A DNA stretch of 64,000 bases, from the NCBI GenBank assembly GCA_964016885.1, contig OZ024762.1, positions 22,444,001 through 22,508,000 on the forward strand, written 5' to 3'. Numbering within the stretch: the first letter of the stretch is position 1; each line of letters starts with the position of its first letter. Both the position numbers and the translations under genes were made by a program. This document shows positions 36,315-50,496 of the stretch, in pieces. The notes under the pieces were generated by a model. It did no database searches and was not told where the DNA came from. It saw only the letters and a program-made list of their open reading frames with translations. This stretch comes from Eledone cirrhosa (Eukaryota).

Positions 36315-36896
36315 TAGAGATAGGCATAACCTAACTAAACAAGGGAAATATTTTATGTAAATTGAAATGTCTCAACTCGATAATATTTCTCATCTTTCAT
36401 GATGAAATAAACGAATGGAGACAAAGAATAGTCTACCATTAGTAAAAGGCGGAGGGAGACAGGAGAAGGCGGAGGAAGACGGGAGAAAACACAGGAAGGC
36501 GAAGGAAGGCGAACTTTGCCGAGGCTGGTGAAAAAAACAGAAGATAGGGTGAATGAAATGGAAAAAAAAACATATTGAAACATAAATAGCAAGACAATAA
36601 ATACGAATTAAACGACAACGAGAAGAATAAACAGAAAATAAGCAGACGATACAATAATGTTATCAATGATAAAGAACAGTGTAAAATAGAGACAAAATGG
36701 AGAAAATGAAATAATAGGAAAAAATATATACGACGATAAAATAAAAGTGAAACGATTTATGGATCCAACTTAAAGTAGTTACAACATCCTAACACTAAAA
36801 AACACCAAACAATATTCTGTCATCAAAGGAACAATTAACTATAGAAAAAAATAATATATATATATATATATGTATATATATGCATTAATGTATATA

Positions 36897-36953
<57 letters not shown>

Positions 36954-36954
36954 A

Positions 36955-37038
<84 letters not shown>

Positions 37039-37060
37039 CATATATATATATAAATATTTA

Positions 37061-37127
<67 letters not shown>

Positions 37128-37193
37128 TGTGTATAGATGTGTATCAAAGTCTGTATGCATAAGTATGAATGTATGATTGTATATGTGTATATT

Positions 37194-37275
<82 letters not shown>

Positions 37276-37394
37276 TATATATAATATCAGAATTGTTATT
37301 GTTATTAGTAATATATTATTATTGTTCCTGTCATAAACAATTACATACAAAACATACATACACACAAGTATGTATGTGTGTACATATACATATA

Positions 37395-37428
<34 letters not shown>

Positions 37429-37441
37429 TACATATAAATAA

Positions 37442-37551
<110 letters not shown>

Positions 37552-37591
37552 GTATATAAGTGTGTTTATCTAAAATATAAACACGTATAGA

Positions 37592-37633
<42 letters not shown>

Positions 37634-38189
37634 TATATGGCTATGTATGTGTGTGAATGTTTATGAATGTGTGCATGTGTGTGTATGTGTGTGTATAAGT
37701 GAGTGCCTGTGTGTGCCACTCTAGAGGTTTGCCGAAGTATTTCGAATTAGTAAAATACATTTGAAACAAATATACGCCCCCGCTCCACTATATAGATGTG
37801 TACGTGTGTGTGTGCGTGTGTGTGCGTACACACGAGTCTGTGCGTGGTTGTGTGCGTGTGGATGAACGTTATACACATATATCTTTATATATATACGTGA
37901 TGGGATGTAATGTATTTACAGCTTTAATTTCATACGTATATATATATCTTTGAAATATTGGTAAGTAGACAATTGATGCTTCGTATTCAGTATATATATA
38001 CACAGACATATATGTGTATTACAAGATTTATTTTAAGTTTCTAAAACTTCCCTTTAAAATCTTCTCATATATTCTCCAATACGATAATAGGTTTTATCAG
38101 ATGACCGTTAATAAATGGTTTTCTTTTATATATACAGGGAGATATAATTTATCAAACACCGTACTTTCTAAGCGCAGAAAAACGTATGT

Positions 38190-38257
<68 letters not shown>

Positions 38258-38323
38258 ATGTGTGTGTGTATGTGTGTGTGTGTATGTGTGAGTGTGTGTG
38301 TGTGTGTGTGTGTGAGTGTGTGT

Positions 38324-38365
<42 letters not shown>

Positions 38366-38399
38366 GAAGGAAACTTTGAAAAAAAACAAACCTACGGCT

Positions 38400-38950
38400 T
38401 CGGAAGCATCCGATGATATTGACCAGTTCTCCTTTTCAAGTAGTGTTTTCGATGCTTAGAGAATGGGATTGGTCGAGTGCAAGGCCCTTCTCCACTTAAA
38501 CATTCTTCAAAGCAAGTCTTCTGCTTGTTCAGGATATATTACAGGTTCGTGTGGCTGGCCGTAGCCTAAACGTGCACCAAACTCTATAATCTGACAAGCG
38601 ATTGCAATACTCTTAGCAGAGTTTGCAGCCATCATGTATGTATGACTGTTCTGAATTGCCTACTGTTGAACAACATCTGGTTTGCCAGCACTGTGGCTGA
38701 GTCTTCCTGAGTAAAGCTTTAACTAGACACGAACAAAGCCATATCAGTAGATCTCATGTAGATTATGATCTTATGAAATGTGTAAGGAATGTGGCAAGGA
38801 ATGTGCTAGAACAAAGAATGTGCTAGACAAGGAATGTGCTAGAACAAAGCAATGGAAAGTCCCGGAGGCGTCTACAGTTGCCATGTATGTGCCAGAGAGT
38901 GCAAGTCTTTTGTTGGTTTAAAGAGCCACATTCGTGCCTCACATTTTTGA
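38400..38950 (+). pseudogene. Degraded RTE-like LINE 3' end with C2H2-type motif
   Basis: 38870-38950 translates VYSCHVCARECKSFVGLKSHIRASHF*; RGWP remnant of the RGRP motif near 38550. Confidence 0.55.
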
Positions 38951-39249
38951 GCATTTCACCGGGCGATTACAATGCTCGAAAACGAGTTTGCAGCATTCAT
39001 CATGTATATATGTATATATATGTATGTATTTATGTATGTTCTTCTAGTTTTATAATTTCATAAAATTATGCCAATAGAGAGAGACTCGGTTTCTAACATA
39101 GACACAAGACTTTCTCATTGGAATTTACATAGCATCAACTAGGTAGATATGTATGCATGTCTGCATGTATGCATGTGTAGGTATGTTATTGTATGTGTGG
39201 ATGCGCATATGCTTTGTATCTGTATCTGTGTATGTGTATATGCAGTTAT

Positions 39250-39660
39250 TAGATGCAGAATTTTTGGAATGTGTTACATACCGTATTTACCGACGTCGAA
39301 GACGTTACATTTTTCCTAAAATAAGTCTAAAAATCTACCATTCTTCCCTAGAGCGAAGGTTGCATCTTTATCTTTATTATTTTTTTTTTCAAATATTGGG
39401 TTGTGAAAATTAGGGTGCGTCTACGAGGACGAAGCGTCTTCGGCGCCAGGAAATACGGTATTTTTACTGTTCCATTAATGGATTGTACTTGTAATTTCTT
39501 AACTAGTTGTATTCTTTCTGTTTCTGTGAAGCCTAACTTCTCAAGATTTGTATTGAGGCAGTTACTAAGATATCCCGGTGCCCCAATAAACATAGATCTA
39601 AATCTGAAGGTATAGTCAGAGCGGAGTAGCTCTAGATTTCTCATTAGTTCTGTATAGATA
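39250..39660 (-). mobile_element. REL-endonuclease LINE extreme 3' remnant (duplicated at ~39970-40105), interrupted by the MITE
   Basis: YTFRFRSMFIGAPGYL..NLEKLG...KLQVQSINGTVKI resembles the IGALG...LQ...GT tail of REL-endonuclease retrotransposons. Confidence 0.6.
39281..39458. mobile_element. Tc1/mariner-pogo-type MITE
   Basis: TIRs CCGTATTTACCGACGTCGAAGACG / CGTCTTCGGCGCCAGGAAATACGG; TA TSD at 39279-39280 and 39459-39460; empty site in the paralogous copy at ~40004. Confidence 0.9.
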
Positions 39661-40212
39661 TTCTCCTATGTATGTATGGATGGATGTGTGTATGTAAGTA
39701 TGTATCTATATATATGCGGATGGCTGTATGTTCTTCTGGTTTTATAATTTTATAAATTTTACCAATAGAGAGAAATTCAGTTTCTAATATAGATACAACA
39801 CAAGACTTTTTCATTGAATTTAAACAACATCAACTAGGTAGATATGTATGTATGTATGCATGCATGTGTGTGTGTGCAAGTATGGCTGTTATTGTATGTG
39901 TGGAGGTGGATGTTTTGAGTTGTATGTGTACATGTGCATATGCTTTGTATCTGGACATGTGTATATATAGTTATTAGAGGCAGTATATTTGGAATGATTT
40001 ACATATTTTTATTGTTCCATTAATGAATTGTACTTGTAATTTCCTAACTTCTACTTGTAATTTCCTAGTCGTGTTCTTTCTGTTCCTGTGAACCCCAGCT
40101 TCTCGTATGTATGTATGTATGTATGTATGTATGTATGTATGTATGTATGTATGTATGTATGTATGTATGTATGTATGTATGCATGCATGTGCGAGTGGAT
40201 CTATCTTGTTAT

Positions 40213-40248
<36 letters not shown>

Positions 40249-40319
40249 CACCTAATATATCCCTTCCATATACTGTACGAATTGTGTTGTTATTTCTGTT
40301 TACCTTTTACATACATACA

Positions 40320-40383
<64 letters not shown>

Positions 40384-40425
40384 CAACATATAAAACCTAT
40401 CAAATTTTTCTTTAATCCATTTTAT

Positions 40426-40472
40426 TGCTGACGATCGTTTCTACCAGAAAAATATCTGGTATCATCGGAGCA
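40426..40472 (-). ncRNA. Hammerhead motif, CCGAUGA core variant
   Basis: Reverse strand TGCT-CCGATGA-TACCAGA..TCTGGTA-GAAA-CGATCG-TC|AGCA. Confidence 0.78.
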
Positions 40473-40719
40473 TATACAATGTTAAAACAAGTAATTACGT
40501 TCATAGTTTTTACGAACATTCATTAAGATGTGCCTAAAGTAGAAACAATTATAATTAATAGTGTAAGTAACATTATGTAGAAGAGCAAGACGAACAAGTG
40601 ATATTACAGTGAAAAATACTAAAACATTGAAAGGTGTGTTCTTACTGGTAATTGTATAATATAAAATATTACCCTTTTTTATTTATATTTGTATATAGAT
40701 TATATATATGAGTATAAAT

Positions 40720-41200
40720 ATTATTATTATTATTATTGTTTTTTGAGTCTCAGCCATTGATGTTATTTAACTGGAAAGTTTGTTGAAATGAACTTCAAGC
40801 CACTAACTGCAGCGTTAGATATTCAGGACGTATCGGAAGGTTCTTGCTGCTCCCAGCAAGCATGCCTTTTGAAGTGTTCCAAAAAATGGGGCTGGACTAA
40901 TTTTCTTTAACCATCCTTGGAAACTCTTTGAGATAGTACCTAGTGCGCCTATGACAATCGGGACGACCTTGATTTCATGTCAGTTCCAAATCCATTTTAA
41001 CTCCCACTTTAAATCCTGCCTGGTATCGGTTAATTTTCTCCCTCTCCTTTTCTTGCACTCTCGTGTCAAATGGGCAGGCTACATCTACAATCAGGCACGA
41101 TCTTTTGTCCTTGTGAAAAACCTAGAGGTCAGGCCTATTCTGTTCTATTTTCTTGTCCGTCTGTATCCTGAAATCCCATAGCACCTTCACTTGATCGTTT
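40720..41200 (-). mobile_element. R4/Dong-like REL-endonuclease LINE 3' fragment with (TAA)n tail
   Basis: Reverse translation [20 protein letters not shown] ... IKVVPIVIGALGTISK...LQKACLLGAARTFRYVLNI; (TTA)n at 40720-40737. Confidence 0.8.
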
Positions 41201-41234
41201 TACATATACATATATATATATATATATATATAAC

Positions 41235-41331
<97 letters not shown>

Positions 41332-41332
41332 C

Positions 41333-41380
<48 letters not shown>

Positions 41381-41439
41381 GTTATATATATATATATATA
41401 TACGTGTAAGGTTTCTTAACTATATATCTAATATTCATT

Positions 41440-41828
41440 CGGTGAATTGGCAGTATCGGGAGAGGGTCGGACGCCATACTTTCCAGCATAGTTACGTCCC
41501 TTTACGATCTGAGTTCAAAATCCCGCCGAGGTTTACTTTGCCTTTCATCCTTATGGGGTAGATAAAATAAAGTACCAGTAATGCACTGGATAATTGCTGG
41601 CCTTGTGCCTAAAGTAGAAACAATTATTATTGTTAGGGCGGTAGATTGGCAGTATCAGTAGAGGGTCGGACGCCATGCTTTGCAGCACAGTTACGGCCCT
41701 TTATGATCTGAGTTCAAATCCTGCCGAGATTAACTTTGCCTTTCATCCTTACGGGGGTCGATAAAATAAAGTACCAGTAATACACTTTGATAATTGCTGG
41801 TCTTGTGCCAAAAAGTAGAAACAATTAT
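41440..41828 (+). mobile_element. Two tandem tRNA-derived SINE copies
   Basis: ggtgaattggcagtatcgggagagggtcggacgcc...ctgagttcaaaatcccgccgagg...aaagtaccagtaat, repeated. Confidence 0.88.
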
Positions 41829-42059
41829 TATTGCTAAGAAACTTTACTCATGAGTTTCACTAGTATAGGTAAAACTTCCGGAATTAAGGGAAGTTACTGT
41901 GAAAAAACTTGCTATCGCTATGACTGGTCTCTCAGATTTACGATCTTATGAATACACAGGTTTATCTAAAGAGTAACAGGTCTGGGTAGAATACCTTGCA
42001 TGGTCAGACTCATATTAGAAATAGAAGCATAATCCAAAAGGTTGGTCTATCTTTTCCAA

Positions 42060-43043
42060 ATCGTTTTCACATCTGCTTATAATACCGATGTGTATAAAAC
42101 TTAAGGACTGAAACATTTGTTTGGAATGGAGGTTTCTTCTCTGAAGACCTCCTGCTGTCCAGCTCTGCTGAGAGTTTCTTCTCTGAGGACCTCCTGCTGT
42201 CCAGCTCTCCTGAGAGTTTCTTCTCTGAAGACTTCCTGCAGTCCAGCTCTCCTGAGAGCCACAACGTAGGCCTGGCTTTTTCAAATCTTTATCACATCTG
42301 TTGGTAATACCACTGTGTTTAAAATTTAAAGCCTGAATCCCTTGTTTGGAATGGAGCATTCTTCTCTGAAGAACTCCAGCTGTCCAGCTCTTTTGAGAGC
42401 CAAAAGGAGGGCATAGCTTTTTCAATTCTTTTTCACAACTGTTTATAATACCGCTATGTTTATACTTAAGGAGTGAAATATTTGCTTGGAATGGAGGTTT
42501 CTTCTCTGAAGACCTTCTGTTCTCTGAAGACCTTCTGTTCTCTGAAAACCTCCTGCTGTCCAGGCCTCCTGAGAGTTTCTTCTCTCAAGACCTTCTGCTA
42601 TCCAGCTCTCCTGAGAGTTTCTTCTCTCAAGACCTTCTGCTGTCCAGCTCTCCTGAGAGTTTCTTCTCTCAAGACCTTCTGCTGTCCAGCTCTCCTGAGA
42701 GTTTCTTCTCTCAAGACCTTCTGCTGTCAAGCTCTCCTGAGAGTTTCTTCTCTCAAGACCTCCTGCTGTCCAGCCCTCCTGAGAGTTTCTTCTCTGAAGA
42801 CTTCCTGCTGCCCAGCCCTCCTGAGAGTTTCTTCTCTGAAGACTTCCTGCTGTCCAGCCCTCCTGAGAGTTTCTTCTCTGAAGACTTCCTGCTGTCCAGC
42901 TCTCCTGGAGGTTTTTTCTCTGAAAACCTCCTGCTGTCCAGCTCTCCTGAAGGTTTATTCTCTGAAAACGTCCTGCTGTCCAGCTCTTCTGAGAGTTTCT
43001 TCTCTCAAGACCTTCTGCTGTCCAGCTCTCCTGAGAGTTTCTT
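42060..43043. repeat. 42-bp minisatellite nested in three higher-order units
   Basis: ctgagagtttcttctct(c/g)aagaccttctgctgtccagctctc, ~12 copies in 42490-43043; a shared ~65-bp spacer (..aatacc...ggaatggag) starts at ~42064, 42290 and 42430. Confidence 0.92.
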
Positions 43044-43209
43044 ACTACTTCTTAACCTTTAACAAAAAAAAGCACTCGATAATGCTGGGAAATGATGAAA
43101 TATATGGTGTAAACCAAGTAATGGCCCTGTCAGACATTGTATTCCCTGCTTAAAATATATATTCTACACGAGGTATTAAATGGTTATTTTGTCTGACTGT
43201 ACATTTATA

Positions 43210-43265
<56 letters not shown>

Positions 43266-43281
43266 AACACAGACAGAGACT

Positions 43282-43361
<80 letters not shown>

Positions 43362-43415
43362 CACACACAAACATACACATATATACACACACACATATGC
43401 ATATATAAATATACA

Positions 43416-43470
<55 letters not shown>

Positions 43471-43503
43471 TTATATATACAAATATATATGTATATATGT
43501 GTA

Positions 43504-43566
<63 letters not shown>

Positions 43567-43642
43567 CATACACACACACATATATATATATATATAAATA
43601 TATATATATACAGAGCACTTTCCTTCCTTCTCTCCTTACGTG

Positions 43643-43710
<68 letters not shown>

Positions 43711-43957
43711 TAAATTATTTATTTATAAATACATTTATCTATACATATACATATTGTATGTACACATATCACTCCTTTTTCACTCTCTATATATACATAA
43801 TTACATATATACATATATAGACTTAAATATATATGATGTCCCTTATGGTAAGCAAACATTAAAATTTATCACCATATCTTCACTGTGGAGAATCGCATCG
43901 TTAAAAAGCGCCATTTTGCAATTTTATTCGTTTTGCTGAAATGTTTTTAGAGATATT

Positions 43958-44033
<76 letters not shown>

Positions 44034-44197
44034 TATATATATATAAATATATATATATATAGACACACACATACAGACATTATATATATATATATACACA
44101 CACATATATATATTACATGTATATATATATATACATATATATACACATACAAATACATATATATAAGTATATGTTTATATATATATATATATATATA

Positions 44198-44237
<40 letters not shown>

Positions 44238-45199
44238 TGTGTGGAAGGGGTGGGGTGGGGTGGTTGTGTACATAGGTACATTTAAATATATACATATATA
44301 GATATGTTTTTTTATTTGTATATACAAATATACTTATTTCTCTCTTTCTACATATATATGTGTGTTTATGTGTGTGTATGAATTCATACCTATATACATA
44401 CATTTGTTATTGTACATACATACATACAAACAAATATACATACATACATACATATATACATACAAATATATATACATACCTACATAGATATACATACCTA
44501 CATATATATACATACCTATATATATATACATACACACATTCCTACCTACATATATACATACAAAGAAACAAACATACAAACATACATACACATACATATT
44601 TCAATACCTAGACACATACATACATAAATACCTACCCTAATGCACACATACATACATACACACATACCTACCCAAATACACACACATATATACATACAAA
44701 CACGCACAGCAACATACACACACCTCAATACCTAGACACATACATATATACATACATACATACAAATACATACAGTAACATACACATATATATACACATA
44801 TATACATACATATATATAGCTAAGTTAGCAGCAATTTAAGTCTGAATATAATTTTCTTTAACATTAACAAAATATAGAGATATATAAAGGAATAAGATCA
44901 AATAAAGAAGATAAATTATATATCAAAATGGCGGTGTTTGGTAAAGAAGAGTAACAAACGGTAAATATTCCGTTTATATATATTTCTTGTTCATCATCAT
45001 CAGATGTATGAGTGTTTATGTGTGTATGTATGTGTGTATATATGTGTGTATATACGTATGTGTGTATATACGTATGTGTGTGTGCATGTTTGTATGTATG
45101 CATGTACTCGTATATATATATGGGTATGTGTGTGTATGTACGCATGCCGAACACATTTACACACATAAACACACCCACACACGCTCTCTCTGTCTCTCT

Positions 45200-45302
<103 letters not shown>

Positions 45303-45363
45303 TAAATAAATACACATCCATATATATATACAAATAAATACGCATATACATAAATAAATAAAT

Positions 45364-45416
<53 letters not shown>

Positions 45417-45888
45417 ACATAAACACATATATATATATAAATATATATATACATCTATAAATACATATATATATACACCGTTTCCGGTACGCCGACTAAC
45501 TCAATCGATATGCAAATTAGGCTACTCAGCCGTTAATGTGCATAAGGAAAGTATATACTTTCAAACGTTCAATCGACTGACAGGAAGGTAAACTGTGCTG
45601 ATGACAACTAATAAGCTAGAAAGTAGTTCATCGTTCCTTTGTCAGTGTTGAACAAAATGGCAACGATGGTTGCCGAACACTGTACGGCTTAATTCGGGCT
45701 GTTTGTTTACAAACAAACAGAACATTATAATAAATGTTCGGTAAACCCATACATACATATATATATGCGTGCATGTATGTATGTATATACATACTACTGT
45801 ACGTCTGTATACATATATGTATGTACGTATACATACTTGTATTTAAGTAGCAGCGGTACTAAGAGTGGGAAATGAAATTTCATTTTTT

Positions 45889-45961
<73 letters not shown>

Positions 45962-46111
45962 TATATAAATATATACATATATAAATACATATATATATAT
46001 ATATTTATTTACGTACGTATAGCATGGAGTGCATGTGCATAAACACACACGTACTGTGTTGTATTATGACGGTATTGTATTAGCTGAATGTACGAGAACA
46101 GAGCCGTTATA

Positions 46112-47631
46112 TGTAAAAGAAACCAAAGAACGCTTACATATTCAAACAGTTTTTATTTGCTTACAATGTTTCATTCATACCGTTTGGTAGGCCTCATCCG
46201 AGCTTAGTAAGCACAGTGCTGAGTATAAGTTCCATCGAGCTTAGTCACACGAACAATCGGCATACAAAAGAGGGTAAAGAATAGGGAGATGGGAGATGGC
46301 GAACAAGGAGGGGATACATGTTGGGGTTGTTAAGCACCACAGCTAAATGTTAGGGCACAAGCAGATCTCACAAGATGCAGATACAATTGATGGCACACAA
46401 AAGCAAAAAATATAAACAATGGTTAAAACATAATAAAAAAGTAGAAGGAAGATAATATAAAGAGATAAAAAGTAAATAAAAAGGTAAACATTAAAAAAAA
46501 ATGTTTTAAAAAGAAAAGAAGTGAAAAAAGAAAGAAGAAAGAAGAAAAAAGAAAAAAGAAAAAAGAAAAAAGAAAAAAGAAAAAAGAAAAGAGAAAAAAG
46601 AAAAAAGAAAAAAGAAAAAAGAAAAAAGAAAAAAAGAAAAAAGAAAAAAGAAAAAAGAAAAAAGAAAAAAGAAAAAAGAAAAAAGAAAAAAGAAAAAAAG
46701 AAAGAGTTTTAAGCACATAAAAAAAGCCAGAGGAATTTAAGCGCTGGTCCCTATAAAACAAGTGAATAGGATCTCCGTAACTTATAGTTATATAAGCACT
46801 AAGAGGTTCTTAAGGTACATCCAGAAAGACCACAGTAACTAAAATCCTCGCCATGGTATACATATACAATGTATACTGGTAGGTACCCGAATTACGTAGC
46901 CCATGGGTGTTCCACAAGCATATAGATAGGTATCACAATGCAAGCCATACACAAGCAAATTAGGGTTATTAAAGGATAGAGCTGAGTATAACAAGTATAT
47001 AGACAGGCACCACAAATAAAGCAAACTATACACAAGCAAAGTGGGGGGTTATTGTAAGATAGAGCTGAAGCAAAAGCCCCACAGTATTATTTCAGTTACT
47101 GTAAAACCGACTGGCAAAGAGTCACCACACAAGTATATTAACCGTAGAGGCTAGACCAATCGGTTACATATGTCCCGATTGTCTAGGGGTTATATAGAAA
47201 AAGGATTGTCAGTAGATAACCAATCAGTCTAAATTATACAACATACGTAGATTGTTCAAAAGTAAAAAAATAGTTGGCTTAATACTAACACTCAAACATA
47301 ACATCACATCTAGTAACAAGAATTACATGCTGGATATATGCATAAAAAAACCCATATGTTTAAGATCCCAGATCGTATAGCATAATGTGTTCAAGTTTCA
47401 GCTCCAGATTTTATATAACCAAAGTCTCCACACACAATCCAGTCACGAACACGTCAAAAACAATTCCTGGTAAAAGCAGCAGCAATCCGGACAGCACTTG
47501 GGTAAACAATCCCGTAAATTTATAAATCTGGCTCTAAATAACATGTTACTTCGTTCATCGCCACCCAACGGTATGGATGAAACATTGTAAGCAAATAAAA
47601 CTGTTTAAGTATGTAAGCGTTCTTTGGTTTC

Positions 47632-47638
<7 letters not shown>
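46112..47638 (-). mobile_element. ~1.5-kb non-coding PLE-like element with ~80-bp inverted ends and degenerate HHR
   Basis: 46112-46190 is the approximate reverse complement of 47560-47638; reverse strand GCT-CGGATGA-..TACC aaac GGTA..-GAAA-CATTG-TA|AGC at 46159-46203. Confidence 0.65.
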
Positions 47639-47722
<84 letters not shown>

Positions 47723-47729
47723 AAAGATG

Positions 47730-48970
47730 AATATAAAATGAAAGTGCTTTCATAAAGGAATTTATTAGGTATTGACAATATGTTTCTGTAACAGACGGAA
47801 TACCTATGTATCGCTGCTTGCGTAATCATATAATGTTAGCAAGTATTCGATAGCAAATGTATAATCAGTTGTCACTTCTTCAGAGATATTTGATAAATTG
47901 GAAAACATCAGAAAAATTGAAGTATTTATATTAGTTGTAAGAAAGGAAGAAGAGAGGGGATAGTATATGACAGATGGCAATTCTATTTACTGGTAAACAA
48001 GTATATAGAAGGTTTCTAATGAGAATACAATGAGTATATGGCTTATTTTATCTAAATAAGAATTTTTGGGAGTGCCTATTTTAATCTATATTTGACCAAT
48101 AGAACAATGGACAGGGCTGGTCGTTTGGTGTAGTAGTATTAATACAGGTATAAAGTCTCAAGTAAGGAAGAGGGAGATTTTCACTGCTACTGTATAACAA
48201 CAATGCTGGTAGCCTGCTGGTATATGCATTAGGGAATTGAATTAAGAAATCTCATTTTATCTATAGCAGTTTATATTAAATGGTAAAGAATAGAAGAGTT
48301 GATAGAATTAAGACTAATAGAGAATGTTAATATGTATTTTGACAATCAAACGGAGATGGAGACAAGCGTTCAATCCTGGTAGCGTTTGTAATATGAAAAT
48401 GTAGATTTCAAGCGATGGTTACAGTATAACGATCGCTCTATTCTGTTATTTAATAAAATATTTTTGGATTTAATAATACAAAATAATTCGATATTACACA
48501 ATTTACGAAATTCCTGTCCTTTAAATATGCAGGGGCAGCTGCTATTATATCCCATTTTAGGTTAAATTGTTGGTTGTTTTCGCGCAGCTGCCAAGCCTTG
48601 TCTGCGAGTGTTGTTACATAACGCTGGTTTTCATGTTTTATCGAGTAACGATGTCTATAAAGGCGAGATTTGAAGGAGGTAGCTGTAGACCCCACACAGT
48701 ACCACTTCTGGCTACCCGATTCGATAGTACATTTGTATATGATGTTGCGTTCAAGACACTGATTGTTCAACGGACACATTCCTGGTTGGACACAGTTAGA
48801 GTTATAATTTTGTGTTGTTGTATTACCATGGATGGGTTGATGATGTTGCTTAGGCAGGACGGGATTTTGTTTGTTGTTTTGTGATGTTATAGCCGATGTT
48901 TTACGTGTATTATTATGTGTTGGAAGGCGTTTATACAACCGTTTTGCGTTAAGATTTTTTATATGTTGGA
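47730..48970 (-). mobile_element. 5'-truncated PLE (probably Neptune-like): GIY-YIG domain + 3' UTR
   Basis: ORF 48450-49013(-): CPLNNQCLERNIIYKCTI...YCVGSTATSFKSRLYRH...TTLADKAW..FNLKWDII; 3' boundary approximate. Confidence 0.8.
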
Positions 48971-48972
48971 GG

Positions 48973-50190
48973 TGTAACTGCCTTGATAGATCTACGTTCC
49001 CCCTCAACAACAAATGCCGAGAACGTAACGTGATCTACCAGTGCAACGTGAGGACGGACACCTCCAACAAAGCTTATTTAGGATTAACCGCTTGTGACTT
49101 CAAGACCCGGCTCTACCAACACCGACATACATTCCGAAACCCGGTCCGGCGACATCCCACTACACTTTCGGGCCACATCTGGGACCTCCAAGATAATAAT
49201 ATAACCTACAATCTCACTTGGAGCTTACTGTCCAAAGCTAACTCTTACACGAGAGGACGCTGTCCGTGTAACTTATGCTCGGAGGAAACATTACAAATAG
49301 TGTTTTCGAAGGACCAACTCCTAAACAAGAAAGACGAACTGGTAACCGCATGCAAACACAGATTGCGTAGGACTTACCTCATAACGACCCGGGGGGGGGG
49401 CAAGGGCTGATACCCCACACTTGCCGAATAAGTTAGGGGAAACCCCAGCTTACATAGGTAGATGTATCTCTTTTATTTTCCTCTATGTCTTCTTCTTCCC
49501 CCTGTCTCATCCTCTCACTTCCTTCCACCTCTATTTTCTTCCTCGTCTGCTTTTCCCCTTTCGCCTACGCCAATGCAGCCCATCGGGCCTCTGTAGCATC
49601 ACTTCCCCCACCTCTGTAATTTTAAGATAGAATTGGGCGAATACGTTTTACTAACTATTTATAGCAGATGTGTTAGACCCCTTTAATTTTGTATCATTTT
49701 TGTTACTACTCCATTTCTACAAGTTTTTTCTATTCTCAACTTATTAACCTGTAATTGTAAGATAGCATTGTGATTTTTTTATTCATTTCTCACTATCTAA
49801 TTTTATATATTTTTTTTATTTCTTTCTATTATCTTTTATCGTTTCCTACTCTCATTCGAATTACCTATTCTATAACCTCCCTCCTCCATATCTTACACTA
49901 TCCTTAGAATCTGCTGTATACATATCACTTTCAACGCTTGACTGGCACTCACTCCCCTATTGTTCTACAGGCTATTTCAGCCACCCCTACTCCCCACCAA
50001 ATACCATGATAGACTTATTTGAGTTTACAACAAATTTTAACCAATCCTCTTGACAACTTCAATCTTCCCATATAAGGCGGTACCCCTTGACAAGTTCGGC
50101 TATTTAATTACCAGGTTAAAAATTCTAATTTAGTCCAGAAATAGCCATCGAAACGGCTTGAGCTCTGCCGTCAGGGTCATACTTTTTCCT
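48973..50190 (+). mobile_element. 5'-truncated PLE (second family, probably Neptune-like): GIY-YIG domain, 3' UTR and terminal repeat
   Basis: CNC..FPLNNKCRERNVIYQCNV..YLGLTACDFKTRLYQHRHTF..TTLSGHIW..CNLCSEE..LLNKKDEL..CKH; ends in an HHR-like TTGACAA..GAAA motif (50083-50162), then cctatata. Confidence 0.85.
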
Positions 50191-50431
50191 ATATATATAT
50201 GAATGTAAACATACATACATAGTAGTAATAAAAGATACAAAAAAGTTCAGCAGCAAACGATAAAAAACTACGCAGACGGGAATAGAGAGTGTTTCGTTAA
50301 AATGTTGACGTGGTATAATTGTAAAAAGTCAGAGATAATTTGCCAGCAAATAATTTAAAACCTACAATTTTGCCTCTCATGATTGCCACTAGGAGAAATA
50401 TTTTCAACGTGTTTTATTGAGAAAAGTATCG

Positions 50432-50496
<65 letters not shown>

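Noticed and set aside
36440-36535. Possible minus-strand host exon (ttttcaccag acceptor, GC-richer sequence)
   Set aside because: No recognisable protein similarity or partner exons; needs RNA-seq.
42130-43043. Repeated CTGAAGA as hammerhead cores
   Set aside because: No helix II, GAAA or UH with closing helix I.
45594-45690. CTGATGA-caac...gttg-ccGAAC hammerhead-like string
   Set aside because: GAAA is broken and helix I does not pair; at most a decayed relic.
47770-47892. Minus-strand CTGAAGA...GAAA at the 3' end of the PLE fragment
   Set aside because: Helix II is plausible but helix I cannot be formed; not counted.
48871-48972. N-terminal part of the 179-aa plus-strand ORF
   Set aside because: It is the antisense of the neighbouring minus-strand PLE fragment, not part of the protein.
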